This document shows, piece by piece, positions 37,708 through 47,074 of a stretch of 47,074 nucleotides of DNA. This DNA is from an uncultured Chlamydiae bacterium (lineage in GTDB: Bacteria; Chlamydiota; Chlamydiia; Chlamydiales; Parachlamydiaceae), in contig CAWHMU010000028.1 in the NCBI GenBank assembly GCA_963830365.1, forward strand, positions 1 through 47,074, read 5' to 3'. Positions within the stretch are counted from its first letter, which is position 1; the number at the start of each line of letters is the position of its first letter. The position numbers and the translations under genes are program-made. The notes beneath the pieces were generated by a model, which was not told the DNA's origin, did no database searches, and worked only from the letters and a program-made list of their open reading frames with translations.

Positions 37708-37785
37708 CATTTCCAAGGACACATTTCCAAGGACACATTTCCAAGGACATATTTCTAAGGTCACATTTCCAAGGTCATATTTCCG
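37702..37785 (+). repeat. 14-bp tandem repeat x6 starting in the tRNA 3' end
   Basis: AGGACACATTTCCA x3, AGGACATATTTCTA, AGGTCACATTTCCA, AGGTCATATTTCCG. Confidence 0.93.
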
Positions 37786-37793
37786 GGGGGTAG

Positions 37794-38558
37794 CTATTTT
37801 TCGGCAAGAATGTTCTGTTTTGCCAGATAATCTTGAATCCCTTGTGCAATGCCTAAAGCCAGGTTTTTTAAATAGCCGGCATCTTTCAGTTTTTCCATTT
37901 CGCTGCTGTTGGTCAAAAAGCCCCCTTCGATGAGGATGGCGGGCATGGTCGTTTGGCGAATCACGGCATAGTTGCCGTGCTTGACGCCGCGGGATTTGGC
38001 GTTGGTATTGCGCAAGACTTTATCGAGAACGGCCTGTGCTAAAGCTTTTGATTTAACCATGCGCGTCTTATCATCTTCATTGCGATAGTAAAAGACTTCG
38101 ATGCCTTCGGCTTCCTTGCTTGGGGCCGAGTTGTAATGGATGCTGACAAAGAGGATTGGATTTTGAGCATTGGCAAATTTGGCGCGGTTGTCAAGCGAGA
38201 TAAACGTATCGTCTGTGCGTGTCAGGACGACTTTATAGCCGTATTGCTGCAGGAAGTTCTTCACCATCTGCGTGGTGGACATATTTAGATATTTCTCCTG
38301 GTATTTAGGAGAGCCAAGCGAGCTTGTGCCGAAATCTTCGCCGCCGTGACCGGCATCAAGCACGATGACCTTTTGATCAGCTGTTTTTGGTCTGAAAGGC
38401 AGCGTGGGCATGGCGATTTCTTGCGGACGGCCCTTGAGTGATTCCGGGATGGGTTTGGAAACTTTTACGGGGACGACTTTGGCAACGGGCATGCGTGGCG
38501 CACAGCCGGCCATCAGCATCAATGTCATCAGTACGCAAAATAGAAGGGCGCGTTTCAT
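37794..38558 (-). CDS. amiA: N-acetylmuramoyl-L-alanine amidase (Amidase_3), lipoprotein
   Basis: IVLDAGHGGED, EKYLN, FVSIHYNS and PAILIEGGFLTN motifs; lipobox LMAGC; downstream of murE. Confidence 0.92.
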   Translation of the reverse strand: MKRALLFCVLMTLMLMAGCAPRMPVAKVVPVKVSKPIPESLKGRPQEIAMPTLPFRPKTADQKVIVLDAGHGGEDFGTSSLGSPKYQEKYLNMSTTQMVKNFLQQYGYKVVLTRTDDTFISLDNRAKFANAQNPILFVSIHYNSAPSKEAEGIEVFYYRNEDDKTRMVKSKALAQAVLDKVLRNTNAKSRGVKHGNYAVIRQTTMPAILIEGGFLTNSSEMEKLKDAGYLKNLALGIAQGIQDYLAKQNILAEK

Positions 38559-38610
38559 GAGGTGTGTTGCCTTAAAGTTATTTCCTAGGGAACTATACAA
38601 GTATTGATTC

Positions 38611-40128
38611 TTAATAAGAAATCACTTTGTTTTGGCACAGTTGCCTTGCCATCTTGCGGTCGTCGAATTCTATCGTCTTGTGGGCAAAGATCTGGTGTGT
38701 TTCATGACCCTTGCCGGCGATGAGGATGACATCGTCGGGAGTGGCCATGTCGATAGCCTTTTCGATGGCGGCCTGGCGGTCGAGTTCAACCATATAGCTT
38801 GCGCCCTTACGGCTGCTATCGTGGGGTGAGGTGGAAAAGCCGGCGACGATCTGGCGGGCGATGTCGGAGGGATCTTCATGGCGCGGATTATCGCTTGTGA
38901 CGATGACGATATCGGCATGAGATTCACAAACTTTGGCCATTCTTGGCCGTTTGCTGGCATCCCGGTTGCCGCCGCAGCCGAAGACGACGATGAGGCGTCC
39001 TTTTTTGAATTCATTGAGGCATTCCAGGATATTTTTCAGGGCATCATCGGTGTGTGCGAAGTCGACATAAATCTTGAGGCCGAGGGGGTTGGGGATGACT
39101 TCCAGGCGTCCGGGCACGGCCGGGACTGAGGCAAGGGTTTTAGCGATGCTGTCTAAGGGCAGTTGGCGGCTTAAGCCGACGGCGGTGGCTGCCAGGCAAT
39201 TGTAGATGTTGTATCTGCCGACCAGCGGCCAATCCAGCCGGGCTTTTTGGCCGCGGTAGTTCAGTACCAGTGTGGTGCCTGAGGAGGATAGTTCGATATT
39301 TTCGGCTTTCAAATCGGCATCGCTGTCGATGGCAAAGGTGATGATGCGGGCTTTGCAGCCTTCCAGCATGCGCTTATGCCAATTGCTATCGGCATTGACG
39401 ATGGCAGTCTTGCCAAAGGGGTTAGCTTTCTTGTGTTTGGAGGGGTCTAGCCTGAGGAAAAGCTTATGCTTGGCTTCAGCGTAGTTTTCCATGCTCTGAT
39501 GGTAGTCGAGATGGTCAAGGGTCAGGTTGGTAAATACGGCGGTGTCGAAATCGATCTGATCGACGCGGTTTTGGTCGAGGGCATGGGAGGTTACTTCCAT
39601 GACGGCGCTGCGGCAGCCCTGCAGCACCATTTCGCGGAGCATTTTCTGTGTAGAAGCCGCATCGGGTGTTGTGCGGGTGGCTTGGTAGCGGTGCTGGCCG
39701 GTGATGTATTCGATGGTGCCGATCAGGCCGCAAGCGCCATCGATATTATCCAGGATGTGTTTGACCAGGAAGGAGGTGGTGGTTTTGCCGTTGGTGCCTG
39801 TGATGCCTACCATGAACAGCTCTTGACTGGCAAAGCGGTAATAATTGGCGGCAATCAGTCCTTCAAGGATGGTGATGTCGGGATGGATGACTTGAGTGAC
39901 ATGTTTGCTCAAGAGGGGGTCGTAAATATCTGAAACTACGGCCACAGCGCCTGCGGCAACGGCTTCAGGGATGAAGAAAGAGCCGTCCTTGGCCTTGCCC
40001 TTGCGAGCAATGAAGAGGTTGCCCGGGGCGACGAGTTTGGAATTGGCGCAGACGCCGGTGATATCAAGGTCCTTAGACCCTTTGATTTGGGTGACAGGGA
40101 TGTCTTTTAATAGTTTATTCAGTTTCAT
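38611..40128 (-). CDS. murE: UDP-MurNAc-tripeptide synthetase MurE
   Basis: GITGTNGKTT, MEVTSH, TNLTLDHLDYH, DFAHT, FGCGGNRD, DNPR (mDAP-type) and AGKGHE motifs. Confidence 0.97.
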   Translation of the reverse strand: MKLNKLLKDIPVTQIKGSKDLDITGVCANSKLVAPGNLFIARKGKAKDGSFFIPEAVAAGAVAVVSDIYDPLLSKHVTQVIHPDITILEGLIAANYYRFASQELFMVGITGTNGKTTTSFLVKHILDNIDGACGLIGTIEYITGQHRYQATRTTPDAASTQKMLREMVLQGCRSAVMEVTSHALDQNRVDQIDFDTAVFTNLTLDHLDYHQSMENYAEAKHKLFLRLDPSKHKKANPFGKTAIVNADSNWHKRMLEGCKARIITFAIDSDADLKAENIELSSSGTTLVLNYRGQKARLDWPLVGRYNIYNCLAATAVGLSRQLPLDSIAKTLASVPAVPGRLEVIPNPLGLKIYVDFAHTDDALKNILECLNEFKKGRLIVVFGCGGNRDASKRPRMAKVCESHADIVIVTSDNPRHEDPSDIARQIVAGFSTSPHDSSRKGASYMVELDRQAAIEKAIDMATPDDVILIAGKGHETHQIFAHKTIEFDDRKMARQLCQNKVISY

Positions 40129-40169
40129 GTTTCAGCCTTAATCCTTGTCTTTTTCTCTGATACCGGGAT

Positions 40170-42194
40170 TTACTTATGGGTATGGTTATTCCATTTTTCG
40201 TATATTTCTTGCAATTGGCGGATTTCAGGCAACCAATCCGCCTTCTTCGGGTCATAGCGCGGATCGCCTGAAGGATAGCCATAGGGGTCATCGGGGGCAA
40301 TACCCAGATATTCCAGGGCGCGTTTGGAAATTTCTCGGAAGACGGGGGCAGCGCATACGCCGGCATGGTGTTTTTTGCCGATACCGGGGGCGTGGCCATA
40401 TTCCGGCTCGTCGATGGCGACGACAAGCACAAAGGCGGTGTTCTTCGCGGGGGCAAGTCCCACAAAAGAAGAGCATACATATTCCGGACAATATTTGCCA
40501 TTAACGGCTTTATCGCCGGTGCCGGTCTTGCCGGCTTCGGTATATCCCCACACATTGGCGCGGCGGGCCGTGCCACCAATCTTAGTGGTGAATTTCATGG
40601 CGGTGACAATTTCCTGCGCGATTTCAGGGCTGATGATGCGTTTTTTATGTTCGGCGGGGTTGTTTTCCAGCAGTATTTCCTGGGAGCCATCGGGTAGAGG
40701 TTTGACGATTTTGCGTACGAGGGTGGGTTTGACGAGGTAGCCGCCGTTGGCAAAGACGGCATAGGCGCGCAATATCTGCAGGCTGCTGGTTTGGATGTTG
40801 TGGCCCATGGACAGGGTGTATGGGGTGCCGGCGGACCATTCCATGGTGCCATTTTGGTGTTTCTTGCCGGGAGTCGGCAGCAGGCCGGCACTTTCGGAAG
40901 GCAGTTCGATGCCAGTTTTTTGGCCGAAGCCGAAATCATAGAGGGCTTGGCGGTACCATTTGCTGCCGAGCTGCTGGATGATTTTCTCGGCCAGTCGGGC
41001 CATGTAGATGTTGGATGATTTTTGCAGGGCCATATTCATATTGAGGAAGCTGTGCATATGGGTGTCTTTCAAAGGCTTCTTGCGGCCGGGAAAGTGGGTG
41101 TTGGAGGTGGGCATCATGGCGTTGGGATCAAAGATCGGTTTGGCGTTGCGCAGGGAAAGCTCGTCGTTGGCTTTGAGGGCGATGGCAAGCGTGATGGGCT
41201 TCATGATAGAGCCTGGCTCATTGGCGTCGGTGATGGCTTTGACTTTGGTGCGTTCGATCAGCAGGGCATCATTGAAGTAGCTTTGGTAGTCGGCAGGGGA
41301 GAAGAAAGGGTATTGGGCCAAAGCCAGAATTTCACCGGTATGGGGGTCCATCATCACCGCCCAGCCGCTTTTGGCATGGACTTTCTTGACACCATTGGCG
41401 ATTTCCTCTTCGGCAATGGCCTGTAGGTAGTGATTGATCGTCAGGTGGACATTTGCGCCATGTTGGGGGAAGGCGATGATCTCGCCGGTTTCCAGGGCAT
41501 TGCGCGGGGAACGCATGAGGCGTCTTTTGCCTTGTTTGCCTTTGAGAATGCCGTTGAAATAGAGTTCCAGGCCGCCGGTAGGTAGTGCTTGGGAGGTTGC
41601 TTCATCTTTGACATTCTGGATGGTGTGCAACACCTGTCCGAGCAGCTTGCCAAAAGGGTATGAACGCTGGTAGTCGGCAACAAAAAAGAGGGCGTTGCGC
41701 GGGATCTTGTTGGCGCCGGCAAAAGGCCCCCACCATTTGAGGATGGCGGCATGCCGTTCTCCATCGAGCCACATGGCAAGTTTGCGGCTGCGGCTTTTGC
41801 GGTCGAATTGACTGCGCAGAGCTTGTTTTTCTGCGGCATCAAGATCGAGGATGTTGGCAAGGACCTTGGCAACAGCCTCGCGATGGGCTTCGGGGATGGA
41901 TTTGGGATCGGCATAGAGGTGGAATTTTTGGACGTCAATGACAAAGCTCTGTGGTGCTTCAGGGTGGCCTTTTTTGATGCTGGTATTGGAGATGAAGATG
42001 CCGCGCATGAAAGGTTCTTTGACGATGAAATAGTGCTGCTTGTCGGCTTCTTTGGACCATTTATCGCCTTCGATGATCTGGATGTCATAGAACTGGGTGA
42101 TGAGCAGGGCGTAAAGGGCAAAGATGGACAAAGAAAGGCAGAGGAGCCGTTTGCGGTCGAGAGAGTTGGTGGGAGTTTTGTTTTGTTCAGCCAT
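40170..42194 (-). CDS. ftsI: penicillin-binding protein 3 (FtsI)
   Basis: EPGSIMK (SxxK), SSN and AGKTGT motifs; N-terminal TM; between ftsL and murE. Confidence 0.95.
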   Translation of the reverse strand: MAEQNKTPTNSLDRKRLLCLSLSIFALYALLITQFYDIQIIEGDKWSKEADKQHYFIVKEPFMRGIFISNTSIKKGHPEAPQSFVIDVQKFHLYADPKSIPEAHREAVAKVLANILDLDAAEKQALRSQFDRKSRSRKLAMWLDGERHAAILKWWGPFAGANKIPRNALFFVADYQRSYPFGKLLGQVLHTIQNVKDEATSQALPTGGLELYFNGILKGKQGKRRLMRSPRNALETGEIIAFPQHGANVHLTINHYLQAIAEEEIANGVKKVHAKSGWAVMMDPHTGEILALAQYPFFSPADYQSYFNDALLIERTKVKAITDANEPGSIMKPITLAIALKANDELSLRNAKPIFDPNAMMPTSNTHFPGRKKPLKDTHMHSFLNMNMALQKSSNIYMARLAEKIIQQLGSKWYRQALYDFGFGQKTGIELPSESAGLLPTPGKKHQNGTMEWSAGTPYTLSMGHNIQTSSLQILRAYAVFANGGYLVKPTLVRKIVKPLPDGSQEILLENNPAEHKKRIISPEIAQEIVTAMKFTTKIGGTARRANVWGYTEAGKTGTGDKAVNGKYCPEYVCSSFVGLAPAKNTAFVLVVAIDEPEYGHAPGIGKKHHAGVCAAPVFREISKRALEYLGIAPDDPYGYPSGDPRYDPKKADWLPEIRQLQEIYEKWNNHTHK

Positions 42195-42592
42195 CAGGGG
42201 GCTCTCTTGGAAAAAACTTGTATATCTTCGCTTAAGGGTGCAGCTTTGGGCAGGAAGATTTCGTCCTTTAGATATGGGAATTTCAGATGGCTGAATTCCG
42301 GTTTGCGCATCAATTCAATCAGATGGATGGGGCTTTCGAAGCGTTCAATTTCATAGCGCAGGCGGATATTTTCCTCTTGGATGCTTTTGACCTCTTTGCT
42401 TAACGCTGGGATGGCGAGGCGCAATTCGGTGAGATCGTTCTGTTTGTCGATATAAAGAAAGAGTGTCAGACCTGCAATGCCGATGCAGAGGAAAAGGCGC
42501 AACACGATATGATGCTGCCGGTGTTGTCTAGTGGCCAAACTAGTGGGTAAGGTTGCAGGTTTATGTGGTGTGCGGGTCGGTGTTGATTTCAT
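42194..42592 (-). CDS. ftsL: cell division protein FtsL-like
   Basis: TM plus coiled coil (YIDKQNDLTELRLAIP...ESPIHLIEL); between rsmH and ftsI. Confidence 0.8.
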   Translation of the reverse strand: MKSTPTRTPHKPATLPTSLATRQHRQHHIVLRLFLCIGIAGLTLFLYIDKQNDLTELRLAIPALSKEVKSIQEENIRLRYEIERFESPIHLIELMRKPEFSHLKFPYLKDEIFLPKAAPLSEDIQVFSKRAP

Positions 42593-43527
42593 CGCTTTTC
42601 AATTACGCGCAGCTTGGCGCTGCGGCTTCTGGGGTTCTTTTCTATTTCTTCGCTACTGGCCACGACAGCTTTCTTGGTGATCATATTCACTTCAGGCTCT
42701 TTATCCAAAAATAGGCCGCCGCCAAGGCCTGAGGTGTCCATCTTATCGCTGGCAGCAAAGCGAGTGAGGTTTTTTACGATGCGGTCTTCCAGGCTGTGGA
42801 AGCTGATGATCCCCAAACGCCCGCCCGCTGCCAGGTGGCGGATGGCTGCAGGCAGGGCGGTTTCGATGGCTTGCAATTCCCCATTGACGCAGATGCGCAA
42901 GGCTTGGAAGATAAGCGTGGCAGGATGTATGCCTTTTTTGTGCTTGGGGATATAGAGGGTCTGGCGCAGGAAGTCGCCGAGCTGCAAAGTGGTGGTGAAA
43001 GGCTGCATTTGGCGCGCCTGCACAATGGCGCGGGCGGCATAGCGCCAGCGTTTTTCCTCGCCGTAATCGCGGAAGATGCGGGCTAGGTCGCCTTCTGGCC
43101 AGGTGTTGACGATTTCGGCGGCGGTGAGAGGGTTGGCAGGGTCCATGCGCATGTCGAGGGGTCCTTCGCGCATGAAGCTAAAACCCTTTTCGGGCTGGTC
43201 CAGCTGCATGGAGGAGACGCCGAGATCGAAGATGATGCCATCGACCTTATCGATGCCTAGCTGTGAAAGGTGTGTCTCCAACGTAGAGAAGTTGCCGGGG
43301 ACAATGCGCACGCGTTCCTGCCAGGGGGCTAGGCGTTTGGCGGCGATATCTCTGGCGACGGGGTCCTGGTCGATGCCGATGAGGAGTTCGATTTCCGGGT
43401 GGGCCTTGAGGAATGCTTCGGAATGGCCACCTGCGCCCAGGGTGGCGTCGACGAAGTAGCGTAGCTGGCGTTGATCAAAATAATGTAGCAGCTCGTCAAG
43501 GAGCACCGAAGCATGAGGGATGAGCAT
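42589..43527 (-). CDS. rsmH: 16S rRNA m4C1402 methyltransferase RsmH (MraW)
   Basis: DATLGAGGHS, DLGVSSMQLD, GPLDMRMD, SFHSLEDR and NPRSRSAKLR motifs. Confidence 0.97.
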   Translation of the reverse strand: MLIPHASVLLDELLHYFDQRQLRYFVDATLGAGGHSEAFLKAHPEIELLIGIDQDPVARDIAAKRLAPWQERVRIVPGNFSTLETHLSQLGIDKVDGIIFDLGVSSMQLDQPEKGFSFMREGPLDMRMDPANPLTAAEIVNTWPEGDLARIFRDYGEEKRWRYAARAIVQARQMQPFTTTLQLGDFLRQTLYIPKHKKGIHPATLIFQALRICVNGELQAIETALPAAIRHLAAGGRLGIISFHSLEDRIVKNLTRFAASDKMDTSGLGGGLFLDKEPEVNMITKKAVVASSEEIEKNPRSRSAKLRVIEKR

Positions 43528-43928
43528 TATCTTCCTTGGTATGGAAATATTTACTGTAGAGTGAGTTTATCATAGCGCAGAAGGCAGAAAGAAAAAAGAA
43601 AAAGCATGTTAAAGATTTAGGAATCTAAAAAGCGCATATTTTGGGCAGAGGCAGTAGCTGAAGTATTAAAATAATATGTGCTTGCCAGGGTGGGCTTGCA
43701 TACAGAAAAGTCAACGCCAACAGGCAGCCAACAGGCAGCCAAGAGGCGCAAAGACGCAAAGAATACCGGCCGCAAAAGTTAAGAGAACAGGATGGCAGGA
43801 TAGACCTGCCCCTCAGAATTGCCTAAGCCACCCGAGGGGCAGGTCTATCCTGTTTTTCCCTTACATCTTGAGCTGACACCACTGAGAGGTGCGTGCTCAA
43901 TAACGCCTGGCACAGCTTTCGGCAGCAT

Positions 43929-44002
43929 GGCTTGCGATTTGAAAGGCTTTGGGCTTTTTAGTCCATTTGGGACTTTCAAATCACAAGCCGGACCCCAATC
44001 CT
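43929..44002. repeat. degenerate REPIN related to 37304-37399
   Basis: GGCTTGCGATTTGAAAG...CTTTCAAATCACAAGCCGGACCCCAATCCT. Confidence 0.75.
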
Positions 44003-44185
44003 TTAGGATCCGATCACGCCAACTCGCTACAAGAGATGGGTTTGACTATGGCTTGCCAAACCGAATGAGCCTTAATTTTATTTTTCTATTTGCAGTTTCA
44101 ATTCTTCGGTATATAATTAGGCATAGGTGTAGTTCTGCATGTGAAGGACTACCCTCAGAAAGAACAACGAGAGTGAGGTACTACC

Positions 44186-44824
44186 ATGAGTCGCAAATCT
44201 AAAGCCGCTGAGTTTCTGCAGGATGTGTACAATATTTCTGTCACAGGACGCAATGTGGTGGTGACGGAAGCTATAAAAGATTACGCGATAGAGAAGATTT
44301 CAAAAATTGAACGCTTTAGCAATCGCATCATTGATGTCATAGTGACGATGGACATTCAGAAGATCGAGCACCGTGTGGATATCGTCGTTCAAGTCGATCA
44401 CATCAAAATTAAAAGCCATGCCGTCAGCGATGACATGTATGCTTCGATCGACAAGGCCGTCGATAAGCTCGAAGCCCAATTGCTGCGTTATAAGAGCAAA
44501 ATCCAAGACCATCATGCTAAAGGCGTCAATAGCGTGGATATGAACGTCAACGTGTTGCGTTCGACGCTTGATTCCGAAGTCGTCGATGTGAATGATGAAA
44601 TCGAGGACGAAAATCGCCGCCGCCTGCTGGATAAATACCGTTCGCATAAAATCATCAGCCGCGAAAAACATGCGCTTAAAACGCTGACCGATGGCGAAGC
44701 GTTGATGAAGATGGACTTGTCAGGCGATGCCTTTCTTATCTATCGCAGTGAGGAAAGCCAGCGTCTTAAAGTCATGTATCGGCGCAATGATGGGGATTTT
44801 GGCGTCATTGAACCTGAAGCTTAA
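44186..44824 (+). CDS. hpf: ribosome hibernation promoting factor, long form (RaiA/HPF)
   Basis: ISVTGRN..VTEAIKDYA.EK and DMYASIDKAVDKLEAQL motifs; C-terminal EALMKMDL...VMYRRNDGDFGVIEP. Confidence 0.92.
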   Translation: MSRKSKAAEFLQDVYNISVTGRNVVVTEAIKDYAIEKISKIERFSNRIIDVIVTMDIQKIEHRVDIVVQVDHIKIKSHAVSDDMYASIDKAVDKLEAQLLRYKSKIQDHHAKGVNSVDMNVNVLRSTLDSEVVDVNDEIEDENRRRLLDKYRSHKIISREKHALKTLTDGEALMKMDLSGDAFLIYRSEESQRLKVMYRRNDGDFGVIEPEA

Positions 44825-44839
44825 TCAGTTGGGTTTTTT

Positions 44840-45310
44840 GTGACTTCGCAACAGAGTCTTTTTTGTCCGATCCGTAAGACCTGGATAGCCGCGCTGCCTG
44901 AGGAATTCGTCAGGCAGCGCGTCTTAAGCCATATGATCGAAGAGCAGGGTTTCCCGGCTGCTTTGATCGTTGTAGAACAAGCGGTACGCCAGCTGCCGCA
45001 TTTATCCGTCACGGACCGGCGGCTTGTGCCCGACAGGCGGGCCGACGTGGTGTGCTTTGCCAAAGATTTGGCGGCGGTCAGCGATCTTTATCCCTTGCTA
45101 ACGATAGAATGCAAAGCCGTAAGGCTGACGCCAAGCGTGATCAGCCAAGTGCTGGGGTATAATCATTATATCAGGGCTTGTTTTATCGCCATTGCCAATC
45201 AAACAGATATCCGCACCGGCTGGTATGACCCTGCTAAAGGGGAGTACGTTTTTGTGGATTACCTGCCTTCCTATACGGCGCTTTGCGCATCTGTCCAGCA
45301 TAAAGCCTGA
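44840..45310 (+). CDS. stand-alone HsdR N-terminal-like PD-(D/E)XK domain protein
   Basis: CPIRK.W...PEEFVRQ, RRADVV, IECKA and QVLGYN motifs. Confidence 0.8.
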   Translation: MTSQQSLFCPIRKTWIAALPEEFVRQRVLSHMIEEQGFPAALIVVEQAVRQLPHLSVTDRRLVPDRRADVVCFAKDLAAVSDLYPLLTIECKAVRLTPSVISQVLGYNHYIRACFIAIANQTDIRTGWYDPAKGEYVFVDYLPSYTALCASVQHKA

Positions 45311-45341
45311 GATGTTTCAAAAATCCATGGTGCAAGTTTCG

Positions 45342-45881
45342 GGTTCATCGCACAATCGCGTACCTCCCCATATGTAAACTAGATCATGGTATAATGGAGG
45401 ATGTTAAATAAATCATACATAATGGCAAATTGCGCGTTCGATCCTGTGAAGTAAGGATTTGAGTTGGCACTGCCTATAAGAGATAGGGCACAAGCCATGA
45501 GAACATTTTTACAGCCTCGATAGAGGCGGAAGCAGGTAGCCACATGCGTCAGCGGGTGGACATCGCATGTTTAGAAACAAAGCCGTGAATACGGCGGCAG
45601 CAATGACTAGAGGATAGTATAGACTATAATAATTGCATCTAATTCAGCTTCCATAGAAATTGCTGTCGCCGTATTCACGGCTCTCTTTATACTACATTTT
45701 ATTCCATAGGTTGACACCTATGGCTACCTGCTTCCGCCTCTATCGAGGCTAACTATACCTTCTGTGCTAGAATGACGATTTGTTTCAAAGAAAACCTTGC
45801 AAATATATTGTTAATTCTCGTTTTTCAACCAGCTATTATTAAGTCTTTTAATGAATCCTCTCGGACAGGTACGCGATTGTG
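45342..45881. mobile_element. MITE family A copy without the nested insert; right TIR truncated
   Basis: GGTTCATCGCACAATCGCGTACCT ... AGGTACGCGATTGTG; REPIN core at 45513-45750; colinear with 14540-15291. Confidence 0.82.
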
Positions 45882-46282
45882 GCTCATCACACAAATGAGT
45901 GGTTGACTTAGGGTTCATCCAGTTATGCAGGACAAAGATGCATAGCATGACATAGGCGAAGCCCATCTCTTTGTAGCCCGTCAGCTAAGGCTTGCGAGCG
46001 CAGCGAATGCAGCCGCAGCTACGGGACAGCAAGAAAAGTGCTCTACCCCCTAAGAGACAATTGCATAAGTGTTTTGCGTTTTATACAGCGATTTTGCGCC
46101 GGAAAAGTTTTATAATTTTCCAACGATGCGATTCTAGATGCGTTAGAACGCAGAAAATATGGGGTCGTTCAAGGGGACAACTGCAAAATAATTTATGAGG
46201 CTTGTCTATGGGGAGATTTTGACTGTTTTTGAGCAGGAGGTATCCTTGTCGATATCCAGCACAAACGCATCGCTTTTATTGC

Positions 46283-47074
46283 TTAAAGAAAGCTTATGAT
46301 TGTCGAAGCAGCAACGGTTAAAATGCCAAACATTACATGGCACGACACCTTGGCGTGGCCTCTATAAAAGATGGATCGTCCTCCATTGTAGTCTTTGTAC
46401 AAGGCGTTGAAACGTTCCTTTGGTAATCTTTCCCGGTATCTTTTTTCCTCTGCCGTTTTGAAGTTTATAAGCCTTCTTCGTTCTTGTTCCGTTTCCTTCT
46501 CAATTTTTTGTGCACTGCTGTGAGGGCATTGATCAATCAAAGGAACATGTCCAAGGGAAATACTATGTTCTTTTATTTCAGGATGATCATATGCAGCATC
46601 CATTAGATCATATAAATTTATCACAACTTGGTGTGATTTCAATGCTAATGGTATCGCTGCTTCGCAGTCATTTAAAGAAGCTGATGTAATAATAACTGCC
46701 AAGGGAACACACTGATCATCTACAGCAACATGTAATTTGTATCCTTTCCAAATCATTGTATAACCCTGAGCGCTCTTTTTCATACCTTTGTCACAATGCT
46801 TTGGTAGGTCTCTCGTCATGTGGTCTAAATTATTTTCTTTTAGTTGTTTTTGCCTACGGTTTAGTTCCCCTGCTTTTTTTGCCTTGCGCCTTATATCCTT
46901 CAATTTACGTTTTTTTATGGAAGCTTTTTTAAAATGTTTTTCACGAACCTCTAAGGGTGTTGAATCTATAACTACGTGACCGACTATCTGGTCTTTATAT
47001 GTTGCTTTGATTAGTGATTGATGAACTTTATCTGGTAATGTCGTACTAGCAAACTCTTTAAAAGCCCTCGAGAA
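46283..47074 (-). mobile_element. IS5/IS1182-type DDE transposase, 5' part outside the window
   Basis: Frame is open to the window edge: FSRAFKEFA, HVVIDST, WKGYKLH, LMDAAYD and ERFNA motifs. Confidence 0.85.

Noticed and set aside
43676..44202. ORFs 43676-43876 and 43819-44202
   Set aside because: They run through REP-like repeats and the hpf promoter region, with no protein-like features.
44840..45310. Type I restriction-modification system
   Set aside because: Only a small HsdR-N-like domain is present; no helicase, hsdM or hsdS.

Overview
Bacterial chromosome segment, most likely from an environmental chlamydia (Parachlamydiales-like). This is inferred from the chlamydial gene order rsmH-ftsL-ftsI-murE-amiA, an NTT-HEAT transporter and several eukaryote-like candidate effectors. 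Core genes (recQ, csaA, brnQ, a ybhGFSR-like ABC exporter with an outer-membrane factor, the division cluster, tRNA-Arg(CCT), hpf) are interleaved with IS remnants at both window ends and many intergenic MITE/REP(IN) repeats. The most interesting part is 28.0-36.3 kb. There a Y1 HUH (RAYT-like) transposase and an internally deleted second copy sit among many GGGGTCAGG/CCTGACCCC repeats and three copies of a conserved hairpin. These repeats delimit AT-rich cargo, including a compact three-gene RiPP-like operon: a 75-aa Cys/Thr/Ser peptide, a stand-alone LanM-type dehydratase with no cyclase domain, and a peptidase-free ABC exporter. Other highlights are an unannotated Val/Leu/Ile-rich leader peptide with attenuator-like structure upstream of brnQ, a tandem RING-H2/PPxY candidate E3-ligase effector, ~137-bp inverted repeats bracketing the efflux outer-membrane gene, and nested MITEs with a clear 8-bp target duplication. 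All calls come from reading motifs by eye; no searches were run.
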